Shown here one piece after another: positions 10,683 through 44,800 of a DNA stretch of 64,000 bases. The DNA lies in the NCBI RefSeq assembly GCF_964355755.1, contig NC_092670.1, positions 9,166,201-9,230,200 on the forward strand, given 5' to 3'. The position numbers and the translations under genes are program-made. The notes beneath the pieces are model-generated. The model was not told the DNA's origin. It ran no database searches and worked only from the letters and a program-made list of their open reading frames with translations. This stretch comes from Antedon mediterranea. Lineage: Eukaryota; Animalia; Echinodermata. The first letter of the stretch is position 1. Each line of letters opens with the position of its first letter.

Positions 10683-12597
10683 AGTGTCCGGTATCTACAA
10701 AGAACAAATCTTAACTGGTATAAAATATATTTCAAGATAACTGTCTGACAATTAGATTTATACGATATCCCTCTCTTTCTCTTAATCGATAAATGGGTTC
10801 TTTATTTATTACTATAATCTACTAATTCTGAGTCTACAGAGAACAGTGCTACATTTATAGCATTTAGACCCAGTTCTATGTAGATCTATTTATGTTGTAG
10901 TGAAATCAATTAAGCTGATAATTAACCTTGTAAAAGTGATATACGTAAATTCACTTTAAAAAAAAATTGTTTAAAATAATTGATAAAACATCTCGTAACA
11001 CGACTTATTTCAAATACACTGTCAAGTATGTTTAAAGGCCAATGTGTGCTTGTTGTCAACTAAAGTAATACCTTGCAAGCAATTGAATTTGTTTTATTGA
11101 ACTGGTTTTGATGCTTTTGATCCCTTTTTAGAAATCTTCATAAATATTTCAAAAACGTTGTGACTGTTTTAATGATCATAACATAATAGTGTGAATTCAA
11201 AGTGTATACGTTTTTCGCTTCCTTAGAAAATGCAAAATTGCGCAATGTATACGCGATAACAATACCAGAAATAGAAAGATCTGTAAAAATTACATAAAAC
11301 TACATTTTAAATTTTTTTTTTGTGAAAGAAATAAATTTTTTAGGATTATTCAAATATAGCCCCCTTTTGCATGTAAAAGAATAGGAAATTACAAGGTATC
11401 CACCCCCCCCCCCACCCCCCCCCCCCCCCCCAAACGCAAAAAGGCGTGATTTTCAAGAAACTCGTACTCATTGAAAAAAATTTCAAAAAAATATGAAGTA
11501 TGGGGGATGATATTTTTAAATAATAGTTGAAATGTATGAAAAATAGTAATTTTCTGGGTGGGGCTCCACTTTAATGATCATAACATAATAGTGTGAGTTC
11601 AACGTGTATACGTGTTTCGCTTTATTTGGTTACCGTAAAGTAGTATTTCAGCAAGTTTAGATCTACATGTTTGAAGCGAATGCGTAATGATAATTTTATT
11701 TAAATATTCATTCGCCGTTTTTATTTATTAGATTGGTGGAATAAAAACATTGACACACTAAATAGTGCAAATCCAAAAAGAAATCAATTAAAAGAACAAT
11801 AAATGTAGGCCTACTTTTACATACTACTTTAAATACATATTTTTCGCTGGTTAACAATTACAAGTTTTAAAACTATAAAAAAAGAAAAGTAAACAAAGAG
11901 TATCGCGCACTTTCTGACAATCAGAAAGCTAGAGGCATTATTATAAATATAAACCTCTTTTTGTTTTTTTTTTCTCTTGTAAAGGCAGAGACAACTCTTC
12001 TCCAAATACATGTAGGCCTATCATCCTTTTAACTAGTGTATATACAGTCAAATTTAATCAAGTAATGAAGTATTTACACTGAAAGAAAACTAAATATACT
12101 TTTCCAAATTTACCTCATACCAGGCATGAATTCAAGATATAACAAAAGACGGGTACTAACATATTTTTTTAATTCTCTAAAATGGCCTGAAGCATGCGCT
12201 AAAATGATTAGAAATTTATTTTGTACATTTGACATGTTTAAAGCTGGCATACCTCTTACAGAAAATATTTAGTTTCATTGAAAATTGTTTGCTGGTTTCA
12301 AAATTGTGCTGCATGTATTGTATTGTCGTGGACATAAATGATCAGCTTTGCTGGATGGGCTAACCTCGAAATATGGTTAAAAATAAAATCCATACAAATT
12401 CATAAAACCACGCGTACATTACGCTGCGCAACCATGATGTCCATGAAAACCTTATTAGGATATTTTCAGATAAATATTTAAATTCTGGACAAGTTAAAGA
12501 ATATTGTTAACTATGCCAACAAAAACCAAAATTCTGGAAAGAAAGAAAGAATAATCACGAAAAAAAAGTACTGTATACAAAGAAAAGGCCTACTTAC

Positions 12598-12990
12598 CAC
12601 TAACTTTTCACTTAATGAATTTGAAAGTTTGGTTTCTGTTGACCCAGTTCGTCTTCTTTTTAAATGTGTATTCTGCCACTCTCCTCCTGCTTTTAAAGAG
12701 TTTGGTAAAATTTACATAACAGTCTTTCAAAACATCTGATTGTAGATTATTCTGGAATTTCATTTGTCTGATTTATTCCTAGTGGCTTCCTGTCCATTAA
12801 AATGCTGAATTAAATATTATATTATAGTATATTTTTAATTGCCCTACGTGCAAAACCAATGAACGATGTTTTCTTTCAGTAAAACCAGACAAGGGTCCAT
12901 TTCAATCATTTATTAACAAAGGTTATCATTTACATTCCACAAAAGCAACGTTTAGCTTTCCTATAGATTTATTTAAAAACCTCAAGTTTG
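12598..12990 (-). promoter_or_regulatory. Promoter and non-coding first exon of peptide gene copy B
   Basis: Donor GTG|GTAAGT at 12598/12597, TTTAAAAA at about 12664-12657; 12866-12990 is closely similar to 5345-5472. Confidence 0.6.
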
Positions 12991-13574
12991 CTTTATTATT
13001 AATATGAAATAAATAAATATGGCTTTCAACAAATACATTTTCACTAAATAAAACAGATGTCATTGAACAATAAGTGGTTTAATAACGGAAATGGCTAGAA
13101 AGTTAAGGTTTACTGCAATTATAGTGGGGAACCTAATGTTCTAAATACCAATTCCGTGAGATTTTAATGCTCAAGTTGAGTTTTTGGTAGTTTTTGGAAT
13201 CCTTAAGACTAGTAGAATTCATTGCAACTGGGGGATAATTTTTTCCGACCCTATTTTAGCCGCCATCTTTGATTTCAAAATGGCCCCATTTTTTACTCAA
13301 AACTGATAGTAGCTCCTATTTTAAACCACGTACGAACGTAATTTTTTGTGACTTACAATATTATGATAAATCAGTCCAATTGTACAATTTATGATAATAG
13401 CATATGGCAGCCATAATTTGATGATTAAATACATAAATGCATACATTATATACTTTTTTAATGGCGGCCATCTTGGAATCCAATATGGTTGCCATATGCT
13501 ATTATTATAAATTTTACAATTTGGACTGATTTATACAAATATAATATTATAAAACTATATGTATTATACAAACA

Positions 13575-13925
13575 TTATTGGTACCTATATCAGACCTTCT
13601 GTTCTTTCAGACCATCAATCTATTTCGTTGAAAATTATAAATAGTCATGAAAAAAAAGGACCTGGAAATTGGAAATTCAACAATAGTTTTTTGGAGAATA
13701 AAGATTTTAAATGAAAATTAAAATCAAGGAATTCTCGTGTAAATACGTAGTAGGCCTAAATAAGAAAATAAAAAAAAAAATAAAAAATACATTATTAAAG
13801 AAGTGTATGAGTTAAACGATGAGCTTGATTGTGCTTATGATCAAAAGACAGAAAAGATATGTCTTTGAACAATAAGTGGTTTAATAATGAAAATGGTGAG
13901 AAAGTTAGGGTTTATTGCAATTATA
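13575..13925 (+). mobile_element. Decayed L1/Tx1-clade LINE fragment (end of AP endonuclease)
   Basis: Translates IRPSVLSDHQSISLKIINSHEKKGPGNWKFNNSFLENKDF*, matching the SDH...GPGxWKFNNSLL signature of L1/Tx1 ORF2. 13058-13122 repeats its 3' part. Confidence 0.7.
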
Positions 13926-14522
13926 CTTCAGTATCCCTTTTTAGAAAGATGTATTGTCCCCCTGAAAAAATATTATTTTTAGTATAGTGAGATTGTTTTA
14001 GTAGATTAGATGCTATGGTATTGGCCTGTTGTTGTCAGCAGACACGATACTACAGGATGTTTTATTGTCGCTAGACATGATACTGCTGGGGTATCATGTA
14101 TGAGGTGATACTCATTGAAGTGTTTTACACAGGCAAGCATAGCAGCTACATTAGCATAGAATAGTTTTCACAAAAAGTATAGCCCCGTCAAAGATGTATG
14201 TATCAAACAATTATTAATTATTTTTCAAAATAATATAAAGCATCATGTTAATGGCTTCTGGCTGTTTGGATGTGTATTATAATAAATAAAATCAATGTTT
14301 TACATTTCAAAATCTTTTCTGTGTTATTCAGTTTGGTAGGAATGTGTTTGTCCAACATAATTCCTTACAATTTTCTTTCTACAACAGCCATACTGACGCA
14401 ATCTTGTGCAGGGTACTGTTTAAACCAAAGAAAACTCTATATCCACATCCCTGGTTTTCCAGGGAAGCAACATGCGATCATAGAATTGCAACAATTGTTA
14501 AGCATGAATTCATTCAGTGTAT

Positions 14523-34802
<20,280 letters not shown>

Positions 34803-35239
34803 TGTTTGGGGCAAAACCACTACTTTCCACTACAGCGATACAACTCTGAAAGCATAATTTCCTTTGTTTAGTAGCCTAGCCTTTAGTGGTACATCCGTCG
34901 CAAACTGTTCAATTTACTAGGTAAAAGTCTAATATAATTTTTGTGAAAGTACAGCAAAGAGGGGGATCATTACATTTTTGGTTAACAATAAACCATAGTC
35001 AATAGAAAGTTCTATTGACTATGAATAAACATAGAACTCTTTATTCCATAGTTATTAAATGAATGAATTTGATAAACTGATAAAATCCCACACACATAAA
35101 TTACGTAGACTTGCTAAACTGTATCATACAAATGCCTATTTAAATTAAAAACTTCAGAATTCTTCATTACTCTGCCTCTGGACCACGATTATGGAATGGA
35201 CTTAATGACAACTTTTAAGAAACCAAAATATATTAGGCC

Positions 35240-36164
35240 TGTCACACCAAAATCAGTCCGGGCCAAAATCGGTCCGGCGGACCAGTTTTGGCTGCCAAAA
35301 TCAGTCCGGGGGACCATTTATGGCTGCCAAAACCTGTCCGGCCGGACCAATTTTGGCCGCCAAAACTGGTCCGGCCAGGATAAAATCGGTCCGGGTAGTA
35401 GGACTGTTTTTGGCCGCCAAATATGGTCCGGTCTTACAAATATATGGTGCGCAAAATGAGTCATAATGTATATATCATTAAAAAAAGGCCATGATTAGTC
35501 ATTATATTGAAAACTACTCTTTTATTTGTTATTTTAATATTATAAATTAAGCCTGTTTTTTTAATTATTATTATTAGTAGTAACTCATCAATAATTAGTA
35601 CTAATTGTTAGGCTTTTTGTATACAATATGTATCTCTGCCTGTTTTTAATCTATTTTGTTCTTTTTTAACATCTTCGTTTCCCCATGATGTTAAAAACAA
35701 TTTAATTATTAAATATTATTATTATTAACTATTTATGGTTAATCAATCACTATATAAATTCAATACAATTATTATAAAACAATTATCCAATATTGATTAG
35801 GCTGAGGAAGGAAAAAGGCCTCAATCATAAATAAAATCTAGCTGGCAATATCAGCGTCTCATACCCGTTCATGTGAGTGTGTGGCAGGCCGAAATATGAG
35901 TGAACACCTAAGTCATGTTTGTAGATAAAATACATTTATTTATAGTATTTATCCGACAAGATAACTTACTAATATATATCATGGGATATTTTTCTAGCCA
36001 TAAACAACTTAAAACAGCATCATAGGCCTAGTAATTCAATTAAAATCGACAGAAGAAAAGCCCGGACCGATTTAGGCAGTGGCGGACTGCTTTTGGCCAC
36101 AATTTTAGAGCCAAAACTGGTCCGGCCGGACCGATTTTGGCCCCGGACCATATTTATCGTGACA
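35240..36164. mobile_element. Ginger-like non-autonomous DNA transposon (TGT...ACA, 4-bp TSD)
   Basis: Termini TGTCAC / GTGACA flanked by GGCC on both sides; subterminal CCAAAA-(T/C)-GGTCCGG repeats mirrored at both ends. Confidence 0.75.
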
Positions 36165-37425
36165 GGCCTATTGTGTTTCCGGTCAATACTAAAAAAATAT
36201 TTATATAACGATTAATATGATGCCCTACTGCTGTTTACTTTTATTATCATTTATATTATTATTTTTTTACTATTCGATATTTGATTTATTGTCTCATTTA
36301 CTTCATATGTTTAAATAGTTAATTATATTATTTAAGTTAGAAAAGCGTCTTATACGTGACAGAAATAAGTTATTCTTCTAGTATAGATTCTCAATATGAT
36401 TCTGGTTGCTTTATTGTCTATTATGTAAACTTTGTCTGTATTCATGTCATATAACCGTTGACGGCACATTTATATTTCAAAATAAATTGACGAAATACGA
36501 TTTATTTCCAGGTCCTATTCTACTCTTTTTTTATTACCATATAATACATACAATGTTGCTGGAAGCCTATTATCAGACCTTTTTGGACTTTACCGGTACG
36601 GTTTATTAATAGCGTGTTATTTTATGGGCTTTATTGAGCCATATAAATTAATATCTCTATGATTGGCATTGCAGCGAATATTAGATTATTCACAATTGTT
36701 TACAAAATAAAAAAAAAGAAATATATAGACTCTATAACTTACTACAAAAATTGTATAGGCCTAGAATTGTATATATATAGTGAGTTTTGTGACTTTTTAA
36801 AGTTTATTTGTTGTCTTGTTCTGTCCTGATGATTGGTCCTCCAAGCTGTGACCGGGATGTGTAGCATTACCGGTATGTCTATTTTAAATAATAAAAAAAA
36901 ACTCTAATTTTCTTGCTCACCATAATCGTAGGCCTACTCTTCTTCATACTTCTTAATTATTATTAATGACATGTTGTCCGACGGTTTTTATACTATAAAT
37001 AGTTACTAATGAAATTAAAAATAGGAAAATAATTGTCCGTTTTTCAACAGTGCTGAAATCCGGTCCATGTAATACTCATTGAATTATAATTCTAAAGTTG
37101 TTGTGATACTTAAAATGCAATTTAATTGTAAAAATTAATTGTACATTTTCATCTTTGATAATGACTAATCGAAATTTATAAACTGAGCTTCACGTATTTA
37201 TTTCCTAACGTCACAGATGATGCGTGGGTTTACTTGTGCATTAACATAATTACACATCTTCTGGCCATGGAGAGAGGATATCAAAATACTGTACTTATAA
37301 TGCTTAATTCTATTCATAATGTTGTTTTCAAAACACCTGAACCGGATACAGACATTCAATGCCCTACTATTTAACAGTAAAATTGTTTTTCTCAGCAGAT
37401 TCGACCGAGCATCTCTCATAATGAG

Positions 37426-37433
37426 TGACGTCA
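37426..37433. promoter_or_regulatory. Full CRE palindrome TGACGTCA, 1.3 kb upstream of the PTPRN-like ATG
   Basis: Exact motif in a CpG-richer patch of the intergenic region; function inferred only. Confidence 0.35.
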
Positions 37434-38724
37434 CGTAATTATGTATGGAGGCCTACGTGGGATGAATGAGGTCTGTGTGATGACGAACAAGACAATTTAT
37501 TATGAGGTTAAAAACGATTGAAATAGAAGTATTGTTTCTTTTAACTGTTTTCAATTTTATCGGGTAATAAGATGATTTTATGTTACTCAGCTTTTTTGTT
37601 TGTATATAATATAAATTAAAATGTAATATATTTATGAAATATTATTTCCTCCATGGTATTTTTTAAACTGTCGTGTTTTATAATGTTTGGCCTCTTCTCT
37701 TCTGAAGGTTATTTTAAAAATAAAACAATTGTACTGTGATTAGTGCCCTATGGCTATATTTTACACACGGACGGGAATTGATGTGACTGGGGTTCGCAGG
37801 CTGTTCCATTATCAGGAGTGAGAAAACGATCAAATTGATCGAAACGTCAAGACACTCAACAGTTCTTTTCAGAACTAATACACGTGGTGACCGCAAACTT
37901 TATATCTACATTTAAATGATCATCATGTCTTTCAAGTAATTGTACAATCTTGATATGGTAATTTGAAACCTTCTACATGTATTGTCTTCGTGTTAATTAA
38001 ATAATAATTATTTTAGTGTAATAAAAAAATTAATAATTATATTTTCGGAGGAACTGAGGCGTAACTGACAAATGGAATTTTAAATTTAGGCTTCCATCAG
38101 CCTACGGTGTGTCTTGAGGGAAAATATTTTAAATAGCTCTATACCTTAAATCAATTGATGAAAAATAAATGTTAACGATTGAAAAAATGAAATAATGAAC
38201 ATAGTTTTATAGATTTTTGAAGTGATTATAGGCCGTGACAGATTTTTGTTAATGATTAGTGAAATACGGGTGATTATATTGATATAAACGAGAAAGTCTA
38301 AGAATTAAAGATAATGAACGCCTTTGATTTAAGAGGAACAACATTAATTAACAAATATGGAATGCGATAAACCGACAAAACTGTAGAAAGATGGACAGAC
38401 AGCAGACCGACAAAATATTGATTATCGTTAATTCTTGTCGCAGAGGGCGACAGTCGACATGCAAACTTCAATGCACGCTTCACTGGTTGTCGAAAAAAAC
38501 AAGTGCGAGCAATTCAATCAATCAGTGGCAGAGCGCAAAGTGAATTTTCACCCATCAAATTATTTCACTAAATAATATTGTCGCGGCTATAGTTTTTTAT
38601 ATAGCTGTGATGTTATTTCTAGTGGAAATTGAAGTTTGATATTTTTCCTGTTTGTTTTACGTTTAGTTTTTTAGAATGTAGTTTTTGTCACGGATTATAG
38701 GCTAGCCGCATACTAAACACGGGG

Positions 38725-38824
38725 ATGAGCCGGTGTGCGACGGTATACGCAGCGAGGGCTCTCGGGCTGTGTATTCTTATAGGAGTATTACTAATCAGTC
38801 CTTCAAATTCTTCTGGAAATCTTG
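38725..38824 (+). CDS. PTPRN2: PTPRN-like exon 1 (signal peptide)
   Basis: MSRCATVYAARALGLCILIGVLLISPSNSSGNL, donor G|GTAAGT. Confidence 0.82.
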
Positions 38825-41800
38825 GTAAGTTTTTAAAAAAGTGTTATATTTTAATATTGTTATGTATCTTCAAAATAAAATAATAATCATAATAAAAATA
38901 AAAAGGCATTATTTTTTCTCATGAGAGAGTAAGAATAGATGTCGATGATGATGATACATTATTATACAATTACAATACAATGTTTTCATATCATCTCGAG
39001 AATGATTGTTTGTGACATTGAAAACTGCTGTCAACATTATTTCTCCATCATATCACTTCATATTATCTTTTGTACATCTCATTATTCTATCATTATAATA
39101 TAATCGGACAATTACTGCATGCAAGAACTCTCATTAACAACAGTATACATTTGTAATTGTAACATCACTAATTACCAGTAACATATCCGCACCACCATTG
39201 TCTATTGTCATTATACCATTTATTCTATATTTATCATCTTATTATCTGTTTATACCATCAATTTCCTTATCAAATCACAATCATTATTCAGCATTTCCGT
39301 CATCGTCACTTTTTTGCCATCATCATTTCCATCATCACTGTCATTTTTTGTCATAATTTCCATCATCATCATCACTTATTTGTCATAATTTCCACCATCA
39401 TCTCTTTTTTGTCATTATCATCATCATCATCATCACTTTTTTGCTATAATTTCTATCATCCTCTCATTTTTGTCATCATTTCCATCATCATCTCATTTTT
39501 GTCATCATTTCCATCATCTCTTTTTGCCATCATTTCCATCATCACTTTTTTGCCATCTTCGTTCTATCAATTACTGTAGTTTTGATAATGTTGATAATGA
39601 AAAGCAATTATCATCGTCATCATTATCACCCTCACCACCAACGTTTTCCATGAACTCCATCATATTAGTATCATCATTTCCATCATTATGAGTGTTACGT
39701 GGTTTGATCACTCTTTTATTACTGTGTTTTCATTTCATCTGTTGTGTCATAATCCATCATCCTCATTTAATCTTCATTTCTTCTTTAATTCATCATCATC
39801 ATTGTTGTTTCATCGTCACTTTCATCATCATTCTTGTTTTTTCATCAATTCCATCATTATTATCAAATTGTTTTATATCCTTATTTTCACTACCACTGCT
39901 GTCTTGATGTTGATGTTTCATTATATTTTTTATCATCATTGTCAACATCATCATCATCAACATCATCAATCAAATGTACTGCTATGCTCATCCATGACAC
40001 TATCCCTTGATCTTTCTTCTAACACATACAGTACTGCAACTTGCAAGATCATATTTTATTTCATTTATTGTTTTTATAATTTTACATCTTCCGAATCCCA
40101 ATAGGAACCGAATATGATAAGCCTACGCAATTTATCTCTACATTTCATATTCAAATTGTTACTCCTTTCTGATACAATACAACAGTTATGATCAACAACA
40201 CAGTCTTTATCTTTATAAAGAAGAGAGCTTTAATTTATTATACCACCGGATTAATTTAAGTACTTTTATTTGATTATAAATACTTTTCAAGTATTCTACC
40301 ATTTTAATATGGTAATTTGAAACCTTCTAAACTTATTGATTTCATTTTTGAAGGATTAATTATAATGTTGTTTACATTCATCCAGGTAATATTGCATATG
40401 ATACTGTAGTAGGCGACACTGTATTGTACACATTGTAAAGTAATTATCCTTGTCTGAAAGGACCTTTACATTTTTTATACACTTTTTTTCTTGGTATATA
40501 ATAAGGTACAGTAGAAACAAACCAAAGAGGAAAGTATAGTGTGAAAGCATGTCATTGATGGCGTGGTACTGTACTTTAGTTGTGGGCCATTATTCTATTG
40601 CAATTACTGATGCACAGTATTACATTTTGTGTCCTCTTATACATTACATACAGCAGAATAATGTTTACCTGTTAGTGTTAGACTTATCAAATGAGCTTAG
40701 CAAAGATAATTGATTTTACTTAAGTTTTCAAAATATGCAAAAACTATGAGATGACAAAGTCCTTGCATAAGAACTGATTTAAAATAAAGCCTGGAAATTT
40801 TAAGTTTTCACCTTTTCCTTAATTATTTTGTCATTATAGTGAAAAGAAAATTCCAATCCTAGCATTTAAAATATGGCCCTACAGTTTGGTCAAATGACTA
40901 GAAGAAAGACTGAAACTGCCAGACCTGAAAGGCACTGCAGTATTTGAGTATTAAACAAAACCAATAATTATATGAAATTTTCAGGAGATTGAACTGGGTC
41001 AAATACTAATTATAGCCCAGTTTTATGAACATGTCCCATAAACTAGTCAAATGAGGTAATAAAAGTATATCAAGGCTGCTGTAAAGTCTAATGTACAATT
41101 ATAGTTTTTATAAATGGCTTATTTCGCAGCCATCAACCAATCTAAATCCATTTCAGACTAATGCAGTATAATATTATACTGTAATTAATTATCTACTGTA
41201 CATAAATTGCTTTTCACACAGAAATGTTATACTTTGGCTTTCTATACAAAACCAACGAAGCTGGGGATGGTTTCCATGGCTTCAATTGATTATAATAGTC
41301 AATACAGTTGCGAACTATAGGTTTAGCTTAAAATCAAAATTTTGTCTTAATTACTGCTCAAGTGAATTATGAATAGTAGTTCTGGTTTATTTAAAAGTAC
41401 CAACACCTGAAATTGATTAGTTAATTGATAAGTTTGAGAATTTCAGAATTGGTTTTAGTAATATCATATATATCATATCATTTATGTGTTTTGATGTAAT
41501 TATAATATCTCCTTCCGTTTATTATGATAATGGTTCAGGATTAGAAATATGCTTTTCTATCGAATTGCAAACCTTTGATAGATTAATAATAAAGATGACA
41601 TAGTATAAAGATTAATTAATAACTTAATAAATTGATGAATTGTAGGCCTACATAATTACTTATTTTGAAACTTTTTAAGACTCTATTTCTTGCCTAGCTT
41701 ACCTGGATAAACCAATAAATGCCCTATTCTCCTCGAAGAGCGAGATATACTCAAAAAGTAGAAAATTCATTGAACACCCCTCTCCATAAACCACATTCTC

Positions 41801-44800
41801 AAGTGGAAGCATCCCCACAAACCAAACATTTCTTTTCGAGACATGAAATAGACAAAGAGTTTGCAATACACAGTGGATTTGCTGTTTGCAAAATATGTAT
41901 GACAAGAATACTGTATACTCACAACAGAAAAAAAGAAATAGAAAACATGATTTCAAACTGGCCAAATTCCAATTGACTGCATTAACTTATATATGATGTA
42001 GCCATATTTGGTGGTCTCCATCCATGACTTTCTAATGCTGTGATTACATTGGAAGTTGTGCCACTCTATGAAAAATGTATCTATGTCTTCATTTCATCAT
42101 TAAGAAAATATAATTTCCTGAGATATGGATTTTACAAATTATTCTGCTCGTTTTTTTACCAATGTAGCCTCTAGCATTGAATTTATGGTATTGTACAACC
42201 CACCCACTCATCATAGTTAAAAGTTTGAATTTCTGATTTATAGCTTAGCATAAGAAGATAGTCATAACTCTATTTCAGTAGATCCTTGTAATTTTGTTGT
42301 GTGTAAATAATATGGCAAGCGATGCATAAGTAAATAAATAAAAATGTATACACATAATTGTTTAATATCATGCCAGTTATGTGTGGTGCACTACCCTGTG
42401 TATATGAGAACTGTGAAAAATAAACCTCCAAATAATTGGTCGACCTGTTGTCAAAGTGCAAACACTACGCGAAGATATATGCCATTGCAATTATATTATC
42501 AGAGTTCTCAACCTATGATTGATTTCAGTGGTCGTCATAAACATTATCTGTAGTAAATAGAAAAGGTAACAGTAGGTTTTACACGTCTCATCAAACAGTC
42601 TTTCTGCGCATGTTTCTAAACGTGTGTAGAATGATTTTCTGACGCGACAGTCGTATGCTTGGTGCATATTAATGAAAAGGAAAAGCCATACTGTACCTAC
42701 CACGCTGTGTTAAGCATTCATACAATCTGGTAAAACCTGGAAGCAGGGCTTTTTGTAGTGTGGGTCATTGATATGTTCAGAATTTTTGTTGCTGGTTTCC
42801 AATAATTTTATCATAATTTTGCGTAGTTTACAATTAAATGTATTTCAATCTATAGTATTTATCTTAGTTTTGTATTTCTGTAAGTCTATTATTGAGACAT
42901 CATGTATAATGCAGAAAGAACAATTGATTGATAGAGTATGCTAGTCTCACAATGCATGTAGTGTAATGCAGAAAGAACAATTGATTGATAGAGTACGCTA
43001 GTCTCACAATGCATGTATAACAATGAATTTTTAATTAAAAGTAAATAATGAGTATAATAAATTACATCTTGTGTAATTAAGTTTACGTATTTTATTGATG
43101 TATTCAAACTTACACACATTTTTCAAATGCGTCATTTAAATGGTTTTAAGGCTGTAGAAAAGTATGTACAGTACCTCTCATCCATTACTGTAATATAAGA
43201 CTGTGTTATAATATAAAGACTGTGTTGTAATACACAATTAAAGATATTGTTTTTAAAAAAAAGATCAAATTGATACCATATTTGTTTTGCATTCTGGGAG
43301 TGATATTGAAAATAAAAAGACATGAAAAAATAAACTGTAACGAAGCTAAACAAAACTAGAAACTACAATATTTACAAGCAATAATACAATAAATTGATCA
43401 TTGGGAATACTTTAAAGAGGATCGTTTTTCCCAGGCAAATCTTAAATATTTTGTGCAAAATTTATCAAATGATTTGTATGATTTATTAGATAGAGGGACA
43501 GACTCTCCTCATAATATAAAACTTAATTTGTTTTCATCATTTGCATTTACAAATAATGTCTATAAGTCATTATCATAAAAGAGGGTCAAATCATTGTCTA
43601 GGTTTCTTAATTTCTAATGTTATCAAACATGTTACATTTCAAAACAAAAGGTTTAACGATACCTTCCCTACAATTTGTGACACAAATAACACCTATATAT
43701 TATTTTAAAAACATTAAACCAGGTCATTCCTTGTCCTAAATGTACGTTTTATGGTAAATTATGATAAAAAGTGCAAACAAAGTAGCTCGCGGCGATTGAC
43801 CTCTCGTGGACGGTCTTTAGGCCTAGCCTAGGCTTAGTTGTTTTGTAGACCTAGGTGGTAAACATCAGTAACGTACGAACATCGTACGCTAGCTATATAC
43901 CTAGCTTGACGTTGTATAGTTGCTGCATTAATTGTCTTTCTATTTTTGCCAGACTCCGTTGATACAAATTGGGGAAAACCCGGTATTTTCGCTAAAAATT
44001 TTGGATTCTTCCATTTGTTTTGGCCTCACAATTGATCGAAAAGTGGGTAAATTACAGAAGAAGAACAAAAATATGAATCCGCGCGCAATGCATTTTGGGA
44101 TTTATAGCGGGCCGCTATAATTATTAGAATCAACTTATTTTTCACATTTTTAACCATTTAAAGACCAAAAAAGTTATCGCAATAGGACCATATAGTATTA
44201 TTTTTACATTAAATATAGTTTGTGATCTTAAATTAGATCTGAAAAACGTAGGAAAGGTGTCTTTAATATCTTCAAATTCACCATTTTTATTTATTTTTTT
44301 TTTATTTTAACCATATTTAATGAGGGTGATCCATCCAGCATTTGCTGATCATTTGGGACCCTCAAAACAGATACAATATACAAAATACAACAAAAACAGA
44401 AAAGTAAAAGAAAAACAAAAACCAAAAAAATATAATTAATTACATAAGACTAAAAATCTGAATAAGAAAATTTGAAATATAGAAAATAACTGAAATGTTA
44501 AATTAAGCAAAAATATATAATATATATAATAAATATTTATTTAGATCTACTATTTTACAATTTAAATTCTGGAAAAGGATTACATAGTTTTGAGAAAAGT
44601 CATAAGTCTAGTTTTGAAAGAGGAAAAGGATAAGGAATTGCAGATAGATAGAGGAAGATCATTGTAGAAATGAGGAGCTTTGTAGGTGAAGGAGAGTTTG
44701 AAAATTTCAAGAGAGGGTTTTAATAGGAATGTGAAGATTTCCTTTAGAGATTTGACGAGTAGTCATCCTCCCATTGGCAATAATTTTAGTGAGGAGATGG

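Noticed and set aside
39205-40104. His/Ile/Ser-rich ORFs up to 138 aa
   Set aside because: Products of a degenerate (CAT)n tract in intron 1.
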